DNA of 14,827 bases from a bacterium (GCA_044869275.1 JBIOXB010000202.1:1-14827), one strand, 5' to 3'; shown: positions 1-8,132, numbered from the stretch's first letter. Program-made: numbers and translations. The notes: a model not told the origin generated them from the sequence alone.

Positions 1-2672
1 CCGAGAACATCTTCGACGAAGCCATGCAGCGCCTTCTTCGGCCCCACTTCGATAAACACGCGCGCACCGGCATCGTACAATGTGTGCAGGCCATTGACAA
101 ACTGCACCGGCGCGGCGATTTGCTGCGTGAGAATGCCGACCATTTCCGGCACAACGTTCGGCCCCATCGGATAAAATTCGCCATTAACATTCGCCACGAT
201 GGGCACGCTCGGCGGCTGCAGATGCATTTGCTGCAACACCCGACCGAGCGGCGCGCTGGCGGGCGCAACGATTTTGGTATGAAATGCATGGCTTACTTGC
301 AGCGGTTGCACCATGTAGCCCACTTCTTGCAAAGCAATTATGGCTTTTTGCACCGCTTCGGTCGCGCCGCCAATCACCGCTTGCGTGTTGCTGTTGAGAT
401 TGGCGACCACGACGTAACCGTCAATCGTTGCGATGATGCGCTCTATCTCTTGCAGCGGGCCGGTGACCGCGGCCATCAAGCCGTTGTCCGCCATGGAAAC
501 TTTCGTCATCTCGGTGCCGCGCGCGCTCGCGGTTTTGAGTGCTTCGTCAAAAGCGAAAGAGCCGGCGGCAACCAACGCGCCGTATTCACCAAGACTGTGG
601 CCCATCACCATGTCCGGCGAAATTCCATAAGCCGCGAGCAGGCGCGTCAGCGCCACGTCCGTTGCCAAAACCGCGGGCTGGGTGATCGCGGTTTGGCGCA
701 GATCATCTTCGGCTTTCGCCACTTGTTCCGCATTGGATTGATCGACGAAGATGTAAGCGCTCAGCGGTTTGCCCAGCAACGGCGTCATCACGCGGTCCGC
801 TTCCGCAAATGTTTCGGCAACAATCGGCTCCTGCTTACACAATTCTTTCAGCATGTTGACATATTGTGAGCCTTGGCCAGTATAAAGGAGAGCGACTTTC
901 GGGGCTTGACCTTTGCCGAGAAAAACGCCTTGATTGCGCAGCATCTTCCACATACTCGGTTGATTGACTTCCAACGCCTTGAGCGCTTTACCGGATTTAT
1001 CGGCCAATTCAGCCGCGTCGCCGTAGTCAATCGCCAGCCGCATCGGAGCGCGCAGATTAGCTTCCAAGGGCGGAGCGGGTATCGGCGCTTTGCCGTCTTT
1101 GGCTTGTTGATGAACCACTCGCAAACGTTCAGCGAGAGCCGCTTCAGAATTCGCGCCAATCACCGACGCACCTCGCAACGGCGCTTTGGGAGATGACTTC
1201 AAATTGACTTCACCGACCGCGAAACTTTTTTCCTTTTCACCTTTGAAGCGGCCAGGAATGTACTCCTCCATCACAGCATGGAAGTTGGTGCCGCCAAAAC
1301 CGAACGCGCTCACGCCCGCGCGACGCACGCCATCGCGAGTGGCTTCCCAGGGCCGAAGCTCGGTGTTGACATAAAAAGGAGAATGTATGAAGTCGATGTT
1401 GGCGTTCGGTTTCGCGAAGTTCAGGCTGGGCGCCAAAACTTTTTCGTATAATGCGAGTGCAGTTTTCAAAACGCCCGCCGCACCCGCCGCGCCCTTGAGG
1501 TGTCCAAAGTTGGATTTCACCGAGCCGAGGGCGATAGAATTTTTCGAGAGGCCATCTTTGCCGAAGACCTCCATCAAGCTCTGCACTTCCACGACATCAC
1601 CAACGATGGTGGAAGTGCCGTGGCCTTCGACCATCGTCGCAGTAAAAGGAGAAAGCCCGGCATTTTCCCACGCGCGCTGCACGGCAAGCTTCTGGCCGAT
1701 GGGATTGGGCGCGGTGATGCCCTTGCCCTTGCCATCGCTGGCGCCACCGAGGCCGCGGATCACGGCGTAGATTTTATCACCGTCACGCTCGGCATCGCTC
1801 AGGCGCTTGAGGATGAAGACCACCGCGCCCTCGCCCATGACGAAACCATCGGCGCCTTGCGCATAAGGCCGCGTGCCCGTCGCAGAAAGCGCACCGATCT
1901 TGCAAAACTTTACAAAAGTGGTGGCGCTCATATTGGCGTCGATGCCGCCGGTGATCGCGGCATCGAAGTCATTTTCCTCCAACCCTGCAATGGCGGCATT
2001 GATCGCAGCCATAGCCGAAGCGCAGGCGGCATCAACGGTGTAGTTCGGGCCGTGGAAATTAAAAAGTGCGGCAAGACGTCCGGAAATAATGTTGGCAAGC
2101 TCGCCCGGCATTGTGTCTTCGGTGATTTCGGGGAAGTGCTTGGCGACGCGGTCGCGCAACTCGGCCAGGATGGTCGCTCTGATTTTTTCGGGCAATTCCA
2201 CAAAGCTAGGAGCCTTATCCAGTTCGGTGGCAAACTCCGGCAACAGGATGCGCGCCGAAGTGAGCAGATGGGTGTCGCCACCCAGGGCACTGCCGAAAAT
2301 CACCGCGGTGCGCTCGGAATCGAGGCCGCGATGGGGAAAGCCGAAATCATCCAAGGCCTCACGGCAGGCGATGATGGCCCATTTTTGCGCCAAGTCCATG
2401 GACGCACTCACGCGCGGTGGGATGGGCAGTTTCCATTTGAGCGGATCCCAGTCATACTCGCGCACCCAACCGCCGATCTTGGAGTAGCTTTTATCGGGCG
2501 CTTTGGGATCGGGATCGTAGTAAAGCGCCGGATCCCAGCGCTGCGGCTGAACTTCGGAAATACTATATCGAGCTGCTTTGAGATTCTTCCAGAAAGTGGA
2601 AGCGTTTGGAGCATCGGGGAGAACGGCACCCACGCCAACGATGGCCACCGCTCTATGACTCGAAGGTTTCAT
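1..2672 (-). CDS. Type I polyketide/fatty-acid synthase, PfaA-like; N-terminal KS and AT domains (~890 aa in window, continues past the left edge)
   Basis: Hand translation from ATG 2672 (AAGGAG 8 nt upstream): MKPSSHRAVAIVGVGAVLPDAPNASTFWKNL. KS triad motifs TVDAACASA (Cys codon 2022-2024), VEGHGTST and GSVKSNFGHLKGAAG, then RRAGVSAFGFGGTNFH. AT motifs LYTGQGSQY, MGHSLGEY, VSHAFH and VFIEVGP, all in one frame with no stop seen. Confidence 0.95.
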   Translation of the reverse strand, partial: MKPSSHRAVAIVGVGAVLPDAPNASTFWKNLKAARYSISEVQPQRWDPALYYDPDPKAPDKSYSKIGGWVREYDWDPLKWKLPIPPRVSASMDLAQKWAIIACREALDDFGFPHRGLDSERTAVIFGSALGGDTHLLTSARILLPEFATELDKAPSFVELPEKIRATILAELRDRVAKHFPEITEDTMPGELANIISGRLAALFNFHGPNYTVDAACASAMAAINAAIAGLEENDFDAAITGGIDANMSATTFVKFCKIGALSATGTRPYAQGADGFVMGEGAVVFILKRLSDAERDGDKIYAVIRGLGGASDGKGKGITAPNPIGQKLAVQRAWENAGLSPFTATMVEGHGTSTIVGDVVEVQSLMEVFGKDGLSKNSIALGSVKSNFGHLKGAAGAAGVLKTALALYEKVLAPSLNFAKPNANIDFIHSPFYVNTELRPWEATRDGVRRAGVSAFGFGGTNFHAVMEEYIPGRFKGEKEKSFAVGEVNLKSSPKAPLRGASVIGANSEAALAERLRVVHQQAKDGKAPIPAPPLEANLRAPMRLAIDYGDAAELADKSGKALKALEVNQPSMWKMLRNQGVFLGKGQAPKVALLYTGQGSQYVNMLKELCKQEPIVAETFAEADRVMTPLLGKPLSAYIFVDQSNAEQVAKAEDDLRQTAITQPAVLATDVALTRLLAAYGISPDMVMGHSLGEYGALVAAGSFAFDEALKTASARGTEMTKVSMADNGLMAAVTGPLQEIERIIATIDGYVVVANLNSNTQAVIGGATEAVQKAIIALQEVGYMVQPLQVSHAFHTKIVAPASAPLGRVLQQMHLQPPSVPIVANVNGEFYPMGPNVVPEMVGILTQQIAAPVQFVNGLHTLYDAGARVFIEVGPKKALHGFVEDVL

Positions 2673-2695
2673 CGCGCAAGCTCCTTGAGGTGAGT

Positions 2696-2735
2696 GGTCA
2701 TTCTATGAGAATCTCCCGATTCTTCCTGAATGACC
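2696..2735. repeat. Small palindrome GGTCATTC...GAATGACC with inner AGAATC/GATTCT, just upstream of the PKS ribosome-binding site
   Basis: Arms 2696-2703 and 2728-2735 are exact reverse complements. Confidence 0.6.
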
Positions 2736-2779
2736 TCGGGAACGACCTACCGGCAAATTTTTATGGCAACTGTTTAGCT

Positions 2780-2832
2780 GATTGTCGATTTGCGATTTTC
2801 GAACGCGGATCGGAACGCGTAAATCGCAAATC
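2780..2832. repeat. Inverted heptamer repeat array (GATTTGC-like / GCAAATC-like)
   Basis: GATTGTC GATTTGC GATTTTC faces GTAAATC GCAAATC. Perfect 12-bp inverted repeat at 2787-2798 / 2821-2832, with inner ACGCG/CGCGT. Confidence 0.7.
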
Positions 2833-2912
2833 ATCGTGTTTCTCGCGATGACAGGCGAGAGCCGACCACTTCTTGCAATTTCACGATCGGTGCCTAAAGG
2901 CACCACTACTGG

Positions 2913-4604
2913 TTACTTCTTCACCCGCCGTCCGTAAAGGATATCTGCGACATAATCCATATCGGAAATCAATCCCACTTGTGCGCGATGGATCATGGGC
3001 AGATTCAATTTCATTTCAAACTCCGCCAACTCAACGTCGTTGATTTCATCTGAGCCCACGATCCAGCGCATGCCATCTTCGGCAACTTTCATGGCCGCTT
3101 CGCGCGCAGCCACGCGGCTGATGGCGGCCAAAGCTTCGGGATTGAAACGCGCGCCGGCCTTGGGAGGCATGCGACCTTCCGCCGCAGCAACAGCACGCTT
3201 GGCGAGACTTCCCGCGCATTCAGCGTAAGCGATCAGCTCGCCAAGGCGGAACAAGACGTGTTGATTGCGTGTCAGTCGTTGCACGCGCGACCTTTCCAAT
3301 AACTCAGCGAGGCCGTGGAGCGCCAGCGCGGCGATATTCGCGCCGGCTTTCGGATGCTTGCTGTGCAGCTCTTCGAGCTGCCGCGCTTGCTGGTGATAAT
3401 GCTGCCCACGCGTTTTGAGATGCAGTTGCCAGCGGTCGCGGCAGATCGTCATCTCCATAATCTCAGAGGTGCCCTCGTAAATGGTGGTGATACGCACGTC
3501 GCGTTTGATTTTTTCCACCATGTATTCTTTGACATACCCGTAGCCGCCGAGCGCCTGAATGCTGGCGTCCGCTGCCATGTTTCCAGCTTCGGAGGCCATG
3601 TATTTTGCAATCGCACCTTCGGTGTTGAGATTGTCGCCCGTGGTGTCGATGCGCTCCGCGGTCTCTTCGATATAGGCGCGGCTGGCTTCGAGGCGCGCCA
3701 CGTGCGGCACGATGAGCTTGTGCGTGTAACCCTGCTTCTCGGAGAGCGGCCCACCGGCTTGCATGCGTTCGGCGGAATAAGGAATGGCGCGATCAAGCGC
3801 AGCCCACCCAGCACCGAGACCAAAAGCCGCCACCATCAAACGGGTGTAGCCGAAAACCAATTGCGCCTGAATGAGTCCCTGTCCTTCAACGTCACCCAGC
3901 AGACGGTCGGCATCGACATAAACGTCATCAAGCGAAAGCGCGGCCGTGTTGCTGGCGCGAATGCCGTGTTTGTCCTCCGGCTTGCCGTGGCTGAATCCAC
4001 GGGTCCCTTTTTCCACGACGAACCAGCTCGGACCGCCAGGCGCTTTTGCCAAGATGCTGTAAACATCCGCGTAGCCGCCGTTGCTGATCCACATTTTGCC
4101 ACCGCTGATTTTGTATCCGGCAACTTTGCCGTTCTCTTGAACGGGTGCGGCGGTGGTGCGCAACGCGCCGAGATCACTTCCGGCTTCAGGTTCCGTAGCG
4201 CCGTAGGCCATCAACAAGCCATCTTCGGCGATGCGCGTGAGCCACTTCTTCTTTTGTTCTGGCGTGCCGCCGAACATAATCGGATCACTGCCGAGAAAAG
4301 TGGCGAGTACGCCAGTGGCAATGCCCAGATCGATGCGGGCCATCTCCTCGCAAACGCGGTAAACGTCAAAGGCACCGCCTCCCATGCCGCCGAATTCTTC
4401 CGGGATGAAAAGCAGATGAATGCCGAGTCCCTGGCCACACATTTCTCGCACAATGTCCAGAGGGAATTCGTCGCGAGCATCCAGTTCAAGAAGCTTTTCG
4501 TTGGTCAATTTGCTGGCGGCAAATTCTCTGAGGGCTGCGAGGGTTAGCTCGAGCGTTTCTTTGTCGAGTCCGTTTGTCTTCATTTCAAGTCTCTGAGTTA
4601 CCAT
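2913..4604 (-). CDS. Acyl-CoA dehydrogenase with C-terminal extension (VLCAD/ACAD9-like architecture); start at 4604 or 4583
   Basis: Motifs [49 protein letters not shown] and catalytic-Glu motif IYEGTSEI, followed by ~170 extra aa including [10 protein letters not shown]. The ORF-track extension to 4703 is translated repeat DNA. Confidence 0.93.
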   Translation of the reverse strand: MVTQRLEMKTNGLDKETLELTLAALREFAASKLTNEKLLELDARDEFPLDIVREMCGQGLGIHLLFIPEEFGGMGGGAFDVYRVCEEMARIDLGIATGVLATFLGSDPIMFGGTPEQKKKWLTRIAEDGLLMAYGATEPEAGSDLGALRTTAAPVQENGKVAGYKISGGKMWISNGGYADVYSILAKAPGGPSWFVVEKGTRGFSHGKPEDKHGIRASNTAALSLDDVYVDADRLLGDVEGQGLIQAQLVFGYTRLMVAAFGLGAGWAALDRAIPYSAERMQAGGPLSEKQGYTHKLIVPHVARLEASRAYIEETAERIDTTGDNLNTEGAIAKYMASEAGNMAADASIQALGGYGYVKEYMVEKIKRDVRITTIYEGTSEIMEMTICRDRWQLHLKTRGQHYHQQARQLEELHSKHPKAGANIAALALHGLAELLERSRVQRLTRNQHVLFRLGELIAYAECAGSLAKRAVAAAEGRMPPKAGARFNPEALAAISRVAAREAAMKVAEDGMRWIVGSDEINDVELAEFEMKLNLPMIHRAQVGLISDMDYVADILYGRRVKK

Positions 4605-4624
4605 GGCCGGATCAATGCATTCCT

Positions 4625-4795
4625 GGATTGGTGGCTTGATGGATTGGTGGATTGGTGGATTGATGGATTGATGGATTGATGGATTGATGGAGTGGTGGAG
4701 CATTCAAGTTCCAGAATAGTACAGAACTGGATTGTCAACTACACTCCATTACTCCATCAATCCACCACTTCACCACTCCATAAATCCATTCATCC
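4625..4795. repeat. Inverted octamer tandem-repeat array between the reductase and dehydrogenase genes
   Basis: Nine GGATTG(A/G)T-like units at 4625-4696 face seven complementary A(T/C)CA(A/C)TCC-like units at 4740-4795 across a ~40 nt spacer. Confidence 0.9.
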
Positions 4796-4813
4796 AGTGC
4801 GACATTTTTCCAT

Positions 4814-6427
4814 TCACGTTTGGTTGATTTGATCGAATAGTCTCATCATTTCGCCATTAGAGTCTTCGGATTGAATTTTGTCGTGACGGTTACGCCCATA
4901 CTGTTCATGGGCTGACACCCAATCCGAAGAGGAAATAGCGGCGGCCAAGGATATTTCTCCCGCCAACACCGCGCCCGCCACAATCTCTACAAATTTGTTG
5001 ACTTTGCCCGTGCCATAGCATCCCATGATCTCCAGGCATTCACGCTGCGTTGCCAGGCCGGTTCCGCCGCCGTAGGTCGCGACGATGAGCGAAGGAATCG
5101 TGATGGAGATATACAAATCTTTCTCTTCGGTCAGTTCCAGGTAAATGAGGCCGGCGGAAGACTCCGCCACGTTGGCCACGTCTTGGCCGGTGGCAATGAA
5201 CATGGCCGTAATGCCGTTGGCCGAGTGCAAGCCATTGTTATTCGCACCGGAGAGCAGCGCGCCGACGTTCGCTACCTGGCTGTGATAAACCAGGCTCTCC
5301 GGCTTGACGCGCGTCTGTTGCATGAGCACCTCGCGTTTGATCACCGCTTCCGCGGTCACACGCTTGCCGCGCGTGCGCATGATGTTCATTTGCGAATGTT
5401 TTTTATCGGTGGCCAAATTGGATTCCAGGTAGAAGTGCCGAATGCCTTCCGGATAATGATCCAGGATCCAACTGCAAGCAGCAAAGGTCGCGCGCCCAAC
5501 CATGTTCTGGCCGGCCGCGTCACCGGTGGAAAAATTGAACCGGAGAAAGACGAACTTGTTGGCCAAATAGAAGTCGACATACTTCAGCTTGGCCACGCTG
5601 GAAGTGGCTTCGGCTTCTTCCCGAATTTTTTCGAGGTGCGCCTGCACCCACTTTTCAAACCGGCGGCCGGCGCGCGCATCGTCGAAGACAAAAACCGGCG
5701 CGCGCTGCATGGCATCGCCCACGACCGTGCACTTGACCCCGCCGCACAGATTCAACACTTTGATGCCGCGATTGAATGAAGCCACCAATGTGCCTTCCGA
5801 AGTGGCCAGCGGTATGAGAAATTCGCCCAGGGCGTGCTCGCCATTCACCTGCAGCGGTCCGGCAAAGCCCATGGGCACCTGCGCCACACCGGTGAAATGC
5901 TCACAGTTTCCCTTCGTGAGATGCGGGTCAAAGGAATATTGCGTCACATGCTGCAAATGGACACCTGAGAATTCCTGCACGAATTCCTGGCGCTTTTTCA
6001 CCACTTCCAGAGAGTAATCGTCCGTTGCACTGCGTGGCACGCGCACCAGATGATCATCCACTTCCGCAATGGCGCAATTGACTTTTAATCGCAATTCGCC
6101 AAACGGCTTGGTGAAGAACTCCACTTCGATCTGATGTTTTCCGAGCGGTAAAGCAACGGTGTGGGCAATAATATCGAGTGTTTTGCGCAGGGGGAATTCG
6201 AGGGGGCAACTCAACGAGATTTGATCCGGTGAGAGAATCTGGCCATTGCCGAAGTCGATTTTGATATTGTCTTTCGGGACTTCGGCGCCATTAAATTTAA
6301 CGCTCTGGATGCCGGTAAGTATGGCATCGCTCAGTCGATTTTTTATAGAGAACTTGACGCCGCCTTCGACGTTCATCAGACTACCGAAGGTGTAAAGCTG
6401 TTTCAGCAAGAGACCGGGGATGGTCAT
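4814..6427 (-). CDS. hmgA: Class I HMG-CoA reductase family protein with a ~125-aa extra N-terminal domain
   Basis: PLATSEGTLVAS (catalytic Glu), TGDAAGQNM (variant of DAMGxN), SNLATDKK (catalytic Lys), ATGQDVAN (catalytic Asp), VATYGGGT, LAGEISL and SAHEQYGR (catalytic His). GGAGGAG RBS 5 nt before the ATG. Confidence 0.92.
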   Translation of the reverse strand: MTIPGLLLKQLYTFGSLMNVEGGVKFSIKNRLSDAILTGIQSVKFNGAEVPKDNIKIDFGNGQILSPDQISLSCPLEFPLRKTLDIIAHTVALPLGKHQIEVEFFTKPFGELRLKVNCAIAEVDDHLVRVPRSATDDYSLEVVKKRQEFVQEFSGVHLQHVTQYSFDPHLTKGNCEHFTGVAQVPMGFAGPLQVNGEHALGEFLIPLATSEGTLVASFNRGIKVLNLCGGVKCTVVGDAMQRAPVFVFDDARAGRRFEKWVQAHLEKIREEAEATSSVAKLKYVDFYLANKFVFLRFNFSTGDAAGQNMVGRATFAACSWILDHYPEGIRHFYLESNLATDKKHSQMNIMRTRGKRVTAEAVIKREVLMQQTRVKPESLVYHSQVANVGALLSGANNNGLHSANGITAMFIATGQDVANVAESSAGLIYLELTEEKDLYISITIPSLIVATYGGGTGLATQRECLEIMGCYGTGKVNKFVEIVAGAVLAGEISLAAAISSSDWVSAHEQYGRNRHDKIQSEDSNGEMMRLFDQINQT

Positions 6428-6553
6428 AACGGCTCCTCCGTTTGAATAGACAACTCAGCAATAGCCGTGCTCGTCTCCCTCCGGCCCGTGTTATCGCTAT
6501 TTGCCGTACTATTCTCGTACACCTCGATTGAGGTTGTCGCAACTATACATTAG

Positions 6554-6594
6554 TCAAAAGCCTATCCAAACGGGAATTTCGGATAGGTTTTTGA
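6554..6594. terminator. Hairpin resembling a bidirectional intrinsic terminator upstream of the reductase gene
   Basis: TCAAAAGCCTATCC ... GGATAGGTTTTTGA; GC core flanked by A and T tracts. Confidence 0.55.
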
Positions 6595-6599
6595 TGCAA

Positions 6600-6659
6600 T
6601 CAGAAAATCGCCTTCACCGGCTCAAAGGACGCCAACAAAATCACTGAGCCCTTTCGCAT
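6600..6659 (-). CDS. Putative 19-aa small ORF or leader peptide MRKGSVILLASFEPVKAIF
   Basis: CAGGAGG 4 nt before ATG 6659; TGA at 6600-6602, 5 nt before the 6554-6594 hairpin. Confidence 0.3.
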   Translation of the reverse strand: MRKGSVILLASFEPVKAIF

Positions 6660-6967
6660 AAGTCCTCCTGATTTGGAAATTCTCTCCATAGGTCAGTAAA
6701 TATTGGGGATTGGTCATACTCCAAGACATGAGGGCTAAGTCTCACAAATCAAATGAAAGAAGGCACTTCGTCCTGAAAGTAGCCTGCACGCAACAGATTG
6801 CGTGCGAATTTCGCGCTGGTCGGGAGTTTAATCAATAACTGTTCCACGGATCATGAGTAGTTCTGCGTGGCGATTGGGAGGCCCGCTCGAAACAACTTGT
6901 TGACTGTACGCGAGTTAGTGTGGAGGCGCTCGGACTTCCGGGTATGAGAAAGGTGCCGTCATGGCGG

Positions 6968-7026
6968 ATTTTCTCAATAATTCGAAAACGCTTCGCGAGA
7001 TTGAGAAAATTGTCCTAACTGGACAA
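6968..7026. repeat. Two adjacent inverted repeats
   Basis: ATTTTCTCAAT (6968-6978) / ATTGAGAAAAT (7000-7010), perfect 11 bp; TTGTCC / GGACAA at 7010-7026. Confidence 0.55.
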
Positions 7027-7273
7027 GCCGCAGCCCCCAGAGGCTTTCTATAATTGGTAAAGAGTGCGGTTCAAACAACGGCCAATTGTCATTCCTGCAA
7101 ATCAACAACTCACAGAGCAGAATACTTTGTGAGCGGACATACTACATATAAAAAACAAGGCTTGAAGCGAACACATATGCTGAATAATCATAACTCAAGT
7201 CCTCGATTCCACGTGGTCAAGTCACTCGCACTGTGGGTGGTATGACTATTGAAATTCATTCTGTATTCTTCCC

Positions 7274-7302
7274 TTGGAAATGTTAAGTTAGCTGGCTACA
7301 AT
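7274..7302 (+). promoter_or_regulatory. Putative sigma70 promoter for the TPR gene
   Basis: TTGGAA (7274-7279), 17-nt spacer, TACAAT (7297-7302); consistent with ATG 7332 as the start. Confidence 0.5.
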
Positions 7303-7331
7303 AATTGAAAAAACATGAAGAAAGAGCTCTT

Positions 7332-8126
7332 ATGATAGCAAAGCTTACTGGTCTGATGTTGCTTGCCCTGCTCGTGGTCGTTCGCGCATGGGCAAAGCAA
7401 GATGGGGGCGCCGTGGACGAAGTGAAATTGGGGAATGAGGCGTATGCGAGGTTTGATAATCACGCCGCATTGCAGCATTTTCTCCAGGCGTTGGAAATCG
7501 CGCCGAATCATTATCAAGCCCTGCGGCAAGGCGCGCGCGCTCACGCAGATGTGGGCAAGGCTATTGAGAAGAGCAATAAAAATCGGGCAAGGAAGTTATA
7601 TGCGCGAGGCGACAGCCTGGCGAGGAAGTGTGTCGCCCTGTACCCGGATTCCGCGGAGGCTCATTTTGTCCTGGCGCTATGTGTCGGCCGAGTAGCGATG
7701 TGCGAGGGCGGGAAAACCAAAATACGACTGTCACAGGAAGTTAAGAAAGAGGCGGAGGCTGCGCTGGCAATCAATTCCGGCCATGACGGCGCGTATCACG
7801 TGCTCGGCCGCTGGCACTACAACATCGCGACGCTCGATTGGATTATGAAAGCGGCCGCGAAGGTGATTTACGGTGGCGTGCCGCCCGGCGCTTCTTTGGA
7901 ACAGGCCGCCCAGGCGTTTGCCAAGGCCGTTGAGATCAATGGCAGCAAACCGGTGCATCGCCTGGAATATGGCCGCACGCTTGCAAAATTAGAGCGATAT
8001 GCCGAGGCGCGGTCGCAATTGCAGGAGTGCATGAACTTGGCGCAAGTGCAATGGGAGGACGGCGAACATCAAGCAGAGGCCGCGCGCCTGCTCAAAGAGA
8101 TCGAAGGGAGAAAAGAGAAAACGTGA
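7332..8126 (+). CDS. Exported TPR protein of the RMDN (RMD-1/PTPIP51)-like family
   Basis: Signal-peptide-like MIAKLTGLMLLALLVVVRAWA; TPR-like helices; segments EGGKTKI, AYHVLGRWHY and LDWIMKAAAKVIYGGVPPGASLEQA recall the RMDN TPR domain (recognition from memory, not a search). Confidence 0.8.
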   Translation: MIAKLTGLMLLALLVVVRAWAKQDGGAVDEVKLGNEAYARFDNHAALQHFLQALEIAPNHYQALRQGARAHADVGKAIEKSNKNRARKLYARGDSLARKCVALYPDSAEAHFVLALCVGRVAMCEGGKTKIRLSQEVKKEAEAALAINSGHDGAYHVLGRWHYNIATLDWIMKAAAKVIYGGVPPGASLEQAAQAFAKAVEINGSKPVHRLEYGRTLAKLERYAEARSQLQECMNLAQVQWEDGEHQAEAARLLKEIEGRKEKT

Positions 8127-8132
8127 TTCTAC

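Noticed and set aside
24..2693. Long plus-strand ORFs 24..869, 873..1196 and 1500..2693
   Set aside because: They are codon-aligned antisense shadows of the PKS, which carries all the recognisable motifs.
4605..4703. N-terminal [12 protein letters not shown] peptide repeat on the dehydrogenase
   Set aside because: It is translation of the octamer DNA repeat; family-like sequence begins only after 4604/4583.
4625..4795. CRISPR array
   Set aside because: Contiguous 8-bp units with no unique spacers, and no cas genes in the window.
3315..6017. Plus-strand ORFs 3315..4547, 5183..5779 and 5589..6017
   Set aside because: Antisense to the dehydrogenase and reductase genes, with no recognisable motifs.
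6457..6473. Sigma54-like motif upstream of the reductase (minus strand GAGCACGGCTATTGCT)
   Set aside because: The essential -24 GG is AG.
7020..7054. Perfect TATAAT at 7049-7054 as a promoter
   Set aside because: The nearest -35-like hexamer (TGGACA) is 23 nt away, and the site is far from a start codon.
7128..7138. lac operator-like TGTGAGCGGA
   Set aside because: Only a 10-nt match that diverges on both sides; no vector context.
7054..7245. 63-aa ORF with a CxxC (CHSC)
   Set aside because: TTG start, no clear RBS, no second metal-ligand pair, and it overlaps inverted repeats.
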